DNA of 39,962 nt from a virus (taxonomy: Duplodnaviria; Caudoviricetes), in the IMG/VR virus record IMGVR_UViG_3300017648_000008, positions 1 to 39,962 of that record, one strand, 5' to 3'. The number at the start of each line of letters is the position of its first letter. The stretch's first letter is position 1. Below, piece after piece: positions 33,751 to 39,962 of this stretch. The notes below the pieces were generated by a model, which was given only the letters and a program-made list of their open reading frames with translations, had not been told where the DNA came from and did not search any database. The position numbers and the translations under genes were made by a program.

Positions 33751-36737
33751 TGGTAGATATTCGCCCTAAAGACCTCCCGCCTGCAATACTCCCACTGAGA
33801 ACGGGAGACGCTGTTATTATTGATCAGGGCGCTGACGGCGTACGTCAGGCCAACCCTATTTCTTTCACTGATTCTGTTGCCCCTGTAGCAACTCAGTCCG
33901 AGGCGCAGACCGGTACCGATAATACCAAACGAATGACCCCGCTTCGTACGAAACAATCCATCGCCAGTGAAATTGGTGTTTCAATTGCGTCAAATTCCCA
34001 AGGCGATAAGGCTGATAGCGCCGTTCAATCAGTTAATGGTAAGGCGGGCAATGCCGTAGCCATTGATAAAAACGATGTAGGGCTAGGGAACGTAGACAAT
34101 ACTTCTGACGCTAGCAAGCCTATAAGTACGGCAACGCAGTCGGCGTTGAATTTGAAGGCTGATTCATCTGTAACCATTTCTGCCGGGACTGGGCTCGACG
34201 GAGGCGGGAGCCTTGCAGCTAATAGAACGCTGGCTTTGAGTTCTGCGTCTATTGCATCTCTTGCCAAGGCTGATAGTTCAGTCCAAACAGTTAACGGGAT
34301 TGCACCAACCGCTGGTAATGTTAGTGTTTCAGCCGAAGAGATTAGGCTTCAGGATAGTCGTTCATCAGCAATTGCTGAATCTTTTGCTAATAATGTTCAG
34401 TTCGTAGAAACGGCTGGTTATTCTTCGGTCGGAGATGGGGGTGCGGCTCTTTACAAGCGCGTTGCTATCGAACCGTCACATTCGGGAAAGTTTCAATCAG
34501 CTGATGGCGCATGGTGGGAAATTTCTTGTTCTTTTGTTAACCCTAAGCAATTTGGAGCTGTAGGTGACGGTGTTTCCGACGATACTGTTTCTTTTAACGC
34601 CTGGAAAGAATATCTAGTAGGGCTAAAAAAACCAGGTGAGGTTACGGAAGGATTATATAAAGTATCAAATTCCTTCGACTTTGGAGGTATAGATGTTGAG
34701 TTTATCCAAGGTGCCAGTCTTATATCTTTGGATGGGAGTCCTTGGTCTGGAGGTATGGATGGAGTTTTTGTTGGAGGGAATGCAAGCTCTCCATACCGAA
34801 AAGGATTTGCTTATACATATGCAAGCCTTCTGCCAGTAGATGTATCAAACTCACCAATTGTAGTTGTTCTTACAGGGCAGTCAAACGCTCCTGGCACAAC
34901 CAATGCAACAAGCGGTGATTTTGTATCTGATAGCGATATTGGTGTATGGAATGCTCCTACCAATTCTTTCATAGATGCAGATTTTGCAACCCAATCTTAT
35001 GCAAGTAATAAATCCTTTCCAACTACGACGTATAATTTTTTTGGGAACGGAGTAAATAATCTTGGGTCTTGGTTCTGCAAGAGGCTTCGAGAAGAAACAG
35101 GTCGGAAAGTTTACCTGATACAGTGCGGAGAAGGTAGCGCAAACATTTCCCTTTGGATAAACACGGACGGATCAGAACGTTTGTGGATAGCCAATAAACA
35201 TGACATAGAAACGGCGCTGGCAACGGTTGGATTAACCAAAGTGGATTTCTTCCTTTGGCAGCAAGGCGAAACAAATGCCGCGGACCCAAATTACCCAAAT
35301 TTGGTCAATGCACTGATAACACGTCTCAAGACACAAACATGGTTTACCGATGAAACAGTTTTTGTAGCTGGTGAGCCTGCTCCGCAGTGGGATAGTGTTT
35401 ATGCAAAAGACCTTAAAAAATACGTAAATATGCTCTATAACTTGGGAAACCCTAACTATAGGGTTGCCCGATCTGACGGGCTTGAAAGTACCGGAGTGGC
35501 TGGGGATAGTGTACATTTCTCTGGATTATCCCTGCAAAAACTAGGATATGAGAGATATTATAACGCCTTACTCCCTTCTGCTTCTAGAACTATTGCACCA
35601 GATTTTACACTACAGGTTGATGTTCAGGGTAGCAATCCAAATCAATTTTTCGGAGAAGTTGACTTCACAAAAAGACATTACAGAGGTCAAGTTGGTGGAG
35701 ATAGCTATCAGATAGTACAAAACGCAGAGGATTTTGTTTCTTATGGTGCTCAGATGCCTTCAGGGATGAAGGCCACGGGTTCCATGCGCGTTCGCGGTCA
35801 AAGAATGGTTGTAGGTAGCGCGGGTAATGGACATTCTGGAAAAACAGAAGTTCAAGCCGCTGCACATGCACTTCGGTTTAGGCCAGATGGTGTCTGTGAT
35901 AATGGATTGAATGTGTGGATCAGAGAAACCACAGGTTCAGGTAAAGTTGGTAATTCTCCTCAAGATTACGACACATATTTGGCTGGTGATACTGTCCTCG
36001 TCCAAAAACATACGGCGGGAAGGACAACACAAGCCACGGCCAACGGCGATGTGTATTTGGGCGCATTTGCAGAGGTACTAACTACGATACCCGCGCCGGG
36101 TGGTTTCGGGGAAGTGCCCTTAACTCAGAGGACATATCCTCTCGATGCGATGCTTGCTATCTCTGGATACACTGGCAACGGTTGGACTTCTGCTTACAGT
36201 GGGCACGATGCTGCCGCAACATCAGGCGCATTCTACGGGATAACTATCGGCGGCGGGCAGGGTGGAATCTGGACAGGTCAATATCGTTCAAGATTTGACC
36301 GAGGCATTTATATCACTGACTGTATCTATGATGGTCTTGTTATTGATGGTGGCCATCCCCTCAAGGATGCAGGGTTTAACGCCATACGCACCGGGGCAAA
36401 TTCTGGCCGAGTTGTTCTTGGCGTTGATGCTGTGGCTATCACCAACGCAAGAGTTGTAGTTGGCACAAGTGGCGTAGCTTCCGATAATGGTATTCACATC
36501 ATCGGGAGCACCCACGCTACGTCGAACAAGGCCACTATTAATTTCGATGACAAATATGTTGTGGGGGCCGACGTTGGAGGAACGGGTTCAACTCAATTTA
36601 GTGTGTTTGATCGCATTCATGGTCTTGAAGTATTCGGAATAGATGCAGACGGAGACTTCTTCGTAAACGGCTTGCCAACCTCTGCGAGCGGGAATAAGGT
36701 GTGGCGTGATACGAACGGCTTCTTAAAGGTAGGTTAA
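33750..36737 (+). CDS. Tailspike / receptor-binding protein with SGNH esterase domain
   Basis: VGLGNVDNTSD..KP; AGY...GDGG; FGAVGDGVSDDT; GQSN, WQQGE and DSVH motifs. Confidence 0.85.
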   Translation: MVDIRPKDLPPAILPLRTGDAVIIDQGADGVRQANPISFTDSVAPVATQSEAQTGTDNTKRMTPLRTKQSIASEIGVSIASNSQGDKADSAVQSVNGKAGNAVAIDKNDVGLGNVDNTSDASKPISTATQSALNLKADSSVTISAGTGLDGGGSLAANRTLALSSASIASLAKADSSVQTVNGIAPTAGNVSVSAEEIRLQDSRSSAIAESFANNVQFVETAGYSSVGDGGAALYKRVAIEPSHSGKFQSADGAWWEISCSFVNPKQFGAVGDGVSDDTVSFNAWKEYLVGLKKPGEVTEGLYKVSNSFDFGGIDVEFIQGASLISLDGSPWSGGMDGVFVGGNASSPYRKGFAYTYASLLPVDVSNSPIVVVLTGQSNAPGTTNATSGDFVSDSDIGVWNAPTNSFIDADFATQSYASNKSFPTTTYNFFGNGVNNLGSWFCKRLREETGRKVYLIQCGEGSANISLWINTDGSERLWIANKHDIETALATVGLTKVDFFLWQQGETNAADPNYPNLVNALITRLKTQTWFTDETVFVAGEPAPQWDSVYAKDLKKYVNMLYNLGNPNYRVARSDGLESTGVAGDSVHFSGLSLQKLGYERYYNALLPSASRTIAPDFTLQVDVQGSNPNQFFGEVDFTKRHYRGQVGGDSYQIVQNAEDFVSYGAQMPSGMKATGSMRVRGQRMVVGSAGNGHSGKTEVQAAAHALRFRPDGVCDNGLNVWIRETTGSGKVGNSPQDYDTYLAGDTVLVQKHTAGRTTQATANGDVYLGAFAEVLTTIPAPGGFGEVPLTQRTYPLDAMLAISGYTGNGWTSAYSGHDAAATSGAFYGITIGGGQGGIWTGQYRSRFDRGIYITDCIYDGLVIDGGHPLKDAGFNAIRTGANSGRVVLGVDAVAITNARVVVGTSGVASDNGIHIIGSTHATSNKATINFDDKYVVGADVGGTGSTQFSVFDRIHGLEVFGIDADGDFFVNGLPTSASGNKVWRDTNGFLKVG

Positions 36738-36740
36738 TAA

Positions 36741-37073
36741 ATGAAAATAGATGCTGATAAGGTGCTTGTCGATTTTAACGGCAAGCCATTCGTGCAGACT
36801 ATCCATGCCGGGGAGCAGATCGTTGGGCAAGATAATCTGACTGTTGGTGATGTATGTATTGATGCTCTGGTCATCCCTATTAGGAGTGATGCTGAGCCAA
36901 AGCAAGGTCAGGCCGTGGCTATTTTTAAATTGGCCCAAGCTTTCCAGTCGGTGCCTGTTGATTTGTCTATTGAACAAATATCCATTCTGAAACATAGGGT
37001 GGAAACAGCTGGCCGCTTCTCTCCTTGGGTTGTAGGGCAAGTAATAGAACACCTGGAAAATCCTATACTTTAA
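36741..37073 (+). CDS. Hypothetical protein downstream of tailspike
   Basis: 110 aa, tightly packed. Confidence 0.7.
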   Translation: MKIDADKVLVDFNGKPFVQTIHAGEQIVGQDNLTVGDVCIDALVIPIRSDAEPKQGQAVAIFKLAQAFQSVPVDLSIEQISILKHRVETAGRFSPWVVGQVIEHLENPIL

Positions 37074-37087
37074 AAGGATTATTAAAA

Positions 37088-37882
37088 ATGGATCGTAATT
37101 TTAAAGTATCACTAAAAGAAGTTCTCAAGCATGAGGGAGGATGGGCTGACCATCCTTCTGACCCTGGCGGCGCTACTATGAAAGGCATCACATTGGCAAC
37201 CTTTCGCGCCTTCGTTAATCCAAAGGGGACAAAAGCCGATCTTCGCAATATAACTGATGCGCAGCTTGAGACAGTTTATCGTCGTCAGTATTGGGACAAG
37301 GTTCATGGCGCTGAGTTGCCTGACGGCGTTGACTTTGTAACATTCGACTATTCTGTACACAGTGGGTCGACCAGGGCGGTTAAAGACCTCCAGAAGGTAG
37401 TCGGCGTATCTCAGGATGGAAAGGTAGGCCCAAAGACACTTGAAGCTATCAAGGCTATGGGTTCACGCAATGTCATCAACAAGCTTTGTGATACAAGATT
37501 GGCGTTTCTTAAACGGTTGGAGACATGGCCAACATTCGGCAAAGGATGGTCGCGTAGGGTTTCCGGAGTTCGTGATTTTGCATTAGGTCTATCATCTAAG
37601 CCAACTCCTGAGCGTCCGGCAGTTATCACTAAGGAAGTAGAAAAGCCTGTCGTTCCTGCATCTGTAGACACTCAGGTAAAAAAGAAGTTCTCATTGGCTG
37701 GATGGTTGGGAACGATCTTTTCCAGTGGGGGTATTGGTGCTTTGGGGCTTGCAGGATTCGGTTGGCGCGAGCTTTTAGCACTTGGCGGTGTTGCTCTAGT
37801 GATTTTCCTTGGCGGATTGGCTCTTAGAGGTTGGATTGTGAAAGCAATCAAAGACATTCGTAAGGAGTTGGACGATGCTTAA
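37088..37882 (+). CDS. Endolysin, GH108 plus peptidoglycan-binding domain, with C-terminal hydrophobic helices
   Basis: HEGGW.DHP.DPGG.T..GIT; FGKGW.RR; ATG 37088 with SD AAGGA. Confidence 0.92.
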   Translation: MDRNFKVSLKEVLKHEGGWADHPSDPGGATMKGITLATFRAFVNPKGTKADLRNITDAQLETVYRRQYWDKVHGAELPDGVDFVTFDYSVHSGSTRAVKDLQKVVGVSQDGKVGPKTLEAIKAMGSRNVINKLCDTRLAFLKRLETWPTFGKGWSRRVSGVRDFALGLSSKPTPERPAVITKEVEKPVVPASVDTQVKKKFSLAGWLGTIFSSGGIGALGLAGFGWRELLALGGVALVIFLGGLALRGWIVKAIKDIRKELDDA

Positions 37883-38084
37883 GCCATATCTTTACGGTGC
37901 GATGGCTCTGGCGTTAGTTGGTACGCATTATTTTATGTATAACGCTGGGAAACAATCGGTTCTACAGCGCTTATCGAGCGATAGAGTTGAGGTATTGAAA
38001 GATGGTCAAAAAGTTGACGCTGCCGTTTATTCTGCTGATGATGGCGGCCTTATCTGCTTGCTCATCGCATGTGAGCCTAACTAG
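37875..38084 (+). CDS. Putative i-spanin (Rz-like)
   Basis: N-terminal TM helix, follows the lysin, overlaps a lipoprotein gene. Confidence 0.6.
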   Translation: MLKPYLYGAMALALVGTHYFMYNAGKQSVLQRLSSDRVEVLKDGQKVDAAVYSADDGGLICLLIACEPN

Positions 38085-38223
38085 TCCATGTGACGTACTT
38101 GTGTTAATGTCACCATCGGAACAAACGGCGCGTTATATCGTTCAAAATGATCGACATTTCGCCCAACAGGTAGCACAACATCGTGGGCGTTATGGGGCTT
38201 ATAAATGTCGGCAGATGAAATGA
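38002..38223 (+). CDS. Putative o-spanin lipoprotein (Rz1-like)
   Basis: MVKK + hydrophobic core + LSAC lipobox; overlaps the Rz-like gene in another frame. Confidence 0.7.
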   Translation: MVKKLTLPFILLMMAALSACSSHVSLTSPCDVLVLMSPSEQTARYIVQNDRHFAQQVAQHRGRYGAYKCRQMK

Positions 38224-38630
38224 AACAGGATGCAACAGTAACGCTAAATTGGTTTCGCATAAACCTACCAACAATCGTAATGATTCTTGGATTGGGATAT
38301 TATGTCGGAACCAATCTTAACGATCTTCAGAAGAGCATAGTTTCTCTCAGCAAAGAAAACACAGAGCTGAAATCAACCACCGCCGATATGGGAAAGCTAG
38401 TCTACCGCGTTGAACAGGTTGAAACTGGCCTGCAAAGGGCCAACGAACGTACTGATGCACTACAGAACACTCTTATTTCAAGCATGGATTTGATGAGGCG
38501 GGATATTAACCGCCTCACCACTCAAGTTGAGGTTTTATCGTCAAGAGTTGGGATTTTAACGGGTGATATTGACGATCCTAAGCAGCGTCGATCAAGGCCT
38601 GGACCTAATCAGCATACAAGTGACGAGTAA
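38205..38630 (+). CDS. Single-TM coiled-coil protein (possible holin-like)
   Basis: INLPTIVMILGLGYYVG followed by heptad repeats. Confidence 0.6.
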   Translation: MSADEMKQDATVTLNWFRINLPTIVMILGLGYYVGTNLNDLQKSIVSLSKENTELKSTTADMGKLVYRVEQVETGLQRANERTDALQNTLISSMDLMRRDINRLTTQVEVLSSRVGILTGDIDDPKQRRSRPGPNQHTSDE

Positions 38631-38829
38631 TGGCATACGCGATACCTGAATGGTGCATATTAAATATCTTCCCTATTTTCTCTAATGAAAGACCGTACTG
38701 AATCCTCACAAAGAATATTGCCTCATTCCTTGCCTTAACCACGTTTGGGAAGCGGCATGGATCCATAATGTCTTTCAGAGTAAGCCCATGTGTTGATGCT
38801 ATATATGCCAACTCTTCTTTCATCCTCAC
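38605..38829 (-). CDS. DnaA C-terminal (domain IV)-like HTH protein
   Basis: DI....R...VV.AR..A.......GLSL..IG..F...HS.I.YA. Confidence 0.8.
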   Translation of the reverse strand: MRMKEELAYIASTHGLTLKDIMDPCRFPNVVKARNEAIFFVRIQYGLSLEKIGKIFNMHHSGIAYAITRHLYAD

Positions 38830-39020
38830 TCCCTTTCCCGCAGTGCGGCGCGGCCTGAAAACGCAGCTATGGCTTGGTCTAGTGACGACAAGCGTTCCAA
38901 GTAGTTCCGCACAAATGCCGGACGCCCTTTGCCGGGGGATGAATAATCATCCATCAAGGCTTGGCAGTGTTTGTGCTGGTCGATGAGATAATTCAACGCT
39001 TTGGTTTCGTCGTAGCTCAT
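38826..39020 (-). CDS. Hypothetical protein (64 aa)
   Basis: MSYDETK...GRAALRERE; ATGA coupling supports start 39020. Confidence 0.7.
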   Translation of the reverse strand: MSYDETKALNYLIDQHKHCQALMDDYSSPGKGRPAFVRNYLERLSSLDQAIAAFSGRAALRERE

Positions 39021-39229
39021 TCCCCACCGCCTTTCAGGGCTTGGCGACCGGCCCATTTGTCGAGCCTGTCGAGCCGCTCACGCATTTCATCGGTGAAGCG
39101 GGCAACAGCAGCAACATCTGCTTCTTCGTTCAATCGCTCGGGAAGCGTCAAAGCATCGCCAGCCCATGCGGCTGCGTTCTTGGCGATGAACGCACATTGC
39201 ATTGAGAATTGTGAGGTCGTCAGCTTCAT
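39017..39229 (-). CDS. Hypothetical protein
   Basis: MKLT...AGRQALKGGGE; SD GGAGG. Confidence 0.75.
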   Translation of the reverse strand: MKLTTSQFSMQCAFIAKNAAAWAGDALTLPERLNEEADVAAVARFTDEMRERLDRLDKWAGRQALKGGGE

Positions 39230-39483
39230 TCGCTTTCCTCCGCCAGAACTTGGCGACCGGCTTCCGAAATGACATCGGGTGGTCCATAACGGACATATTC
39301 ATGCTCGCCGGGTTGGGCTTCGATCAAGCCTAACTTTCGCAATCCGCATGTCTGTTCGTCACTCAGAAATCCTGTCGGATGTTTCGGGGAAAGCCATGCC
39401 ATTTCGCCGTCTTGGCTAAAGACCATGACGTGGCCAGCATTCAGAGCTTCCAAAACTTCACGTTGCGGCGCTGTCAGCTTCAT
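39226..39483 (-). CDS. Hypothetical protein (winged-helix-like)
   Basis: MKLTAPQREVL..L...L.KLGLI...ISEAGRQVL. Confidence 0.75.
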   Translation of the reverse strand: MKLTAPQREVLEALNAGHVMVFSQDGEMAWLSPKHPTGFLSDEQTCGLRKLGLIEAQPGEHEYVRYGPPDVISEAGRQVLAEESE

Positions 39484-39707
39484 TCGCTCTGCTCCCCAAG
39501 TGCGGATGCGTTGAGCATTAAGCCCCAGCTGTCTGACGCCTCACTCCCGTCCCAATATGCTTGCAACATAGTATCTGTCGGCTCCTGTAGAGCGGCGAGG
39601 ATGGTGGATAGGATGAGACCGGCGGTTTTCACCGTTTCATCTGGTTTGGCGCTTTGCAAGATCGTGCAAATGTCGAACTTGAGCGCTAGGTGTTCCTTAC
39701 TCGGCAT
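39480..39707 (-). CDS. Hypothetical protein
   Basis: MPSKEHL...EPTDTML.A; start 39707 overlaps the upstream stop. Confidence 0.7.
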   Translation of the reverse strand: MPSKEHLALKFDICTILQSAKPDETVKTAGLILSTILAALQEPTDTMLQAYWDGSEASDSWGLMLNASALGEQSE

Positions 39708-39834
39708 TGCTGGCCTCATACTGTTTCCAAGTGGGAGTGACTTGCTGCAAGCGCGTCCGGTGTGGTTCGGGGCAGACCTTCCAACCTATCCACGACAGGA
39801 CTTTGAAAAGTTGCCAGCGCAGTTCATTCAGCAT
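39697..39834 (-). CDS. 45-aa hypothetical protein
   Basis: Not in track: MLNELRWQLFKVLSWIGWKVCPEPHRTRLQQVTPTWKQYEASNAE; SD AAGGAGG. Confidence 0.7.
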   Translation of the reverse strand: MLNELRWQLFKVLSWIGWKVCPEPHRTRLQQVTPTWKQYEASNAE

Positions 39835-39962
39835 TCGATGCCTCCTTTGCGCGCAAGAGGGCGATCAGAAGTGCGATGGCGGGCATTGCGCCTTCACCTA
39901 GATAAGCTTCACCATTGACATGAATGAAGGCGAACGGAGCTTCTCCATCATCTTCAGTTTCG
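39824..39962 (-). CDS. Partial ORF (C-terminus only)
   Basis: ...GEGAMPAIALLIALLRAKEASNAE*; open from the right edge. Confidence 0.65.
   Translation of the reverse strand, partial: ETEDDGEAPFAFIHVNGEAYLGEGAMPAIALLIALLRAKEASNAE

Noticed and set aside
33990-34300. KADS(A/S)V repeats in the tailspike N-terminus as DGR template/variable repeats
   Set aside because: They are short degenerate coding repeats, and there is no reverse transcriptase in the window.
1-39962. Lysogeny module (integrase, CI with S24 peptidase, ParAB)
   Set aside because: None recognised. Lifestyle cannot be concluded because the genome appears incomplete at the edges.

Overview
This window is a near-complete ~40 kb tailed dsDNA phage genome with podovirus-type morphogenesis genes: TerS, TerL, a long portal, scaffold, major capsid, adaptor/nozzle, ejection proteins, and no tape measure. 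The host is inferred to be an alphaproteobacterium, probably Brucella/Ochrobactrum-like, from a GcrA homologue, a GH108 lysin and a gene set I recall from Brucella podoviruses (not checked by search). The left part (- strand) holds small accessory genes, a DNA methyltransferase, VRR-NUC nuclease, SF2 helicase, DEDD exonuclease, SSB-like protein, AAA ATPase and primase-polymerase/helicase. An inverted-repeat, origin-like region lies at ~11.46-11.80 kb. The + strand then carries early small genes, GcrA, packaging, head, tail and lysis genes, and a - strand small-gene array closes the right end. Both window ends cut - strand ORFs of the same kind of accessory array. No integrase, CRISPR array, canonical tRNA or reverse transcriptase is visible. 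The main unexplained signals are: (i) a ~180-nt RNA with tRNA cloverleaf junction geometry but a greatly expanded anticodon arm, preceded by a 73-nt ACCA-ending RNA, between TerL and portal; (ii) a 12-bp box shared by four promoters; (iii) an OOP-like antisense RNA at the primase leader; (iv) shared boundary sequences between unrelated small genes; (v) a repeated SD-occluding hairpin; (vi) several membrane micropeptides below the ORF-track cutoff. All product calls come from motif recognition by eye, and all RNA folds are manual.
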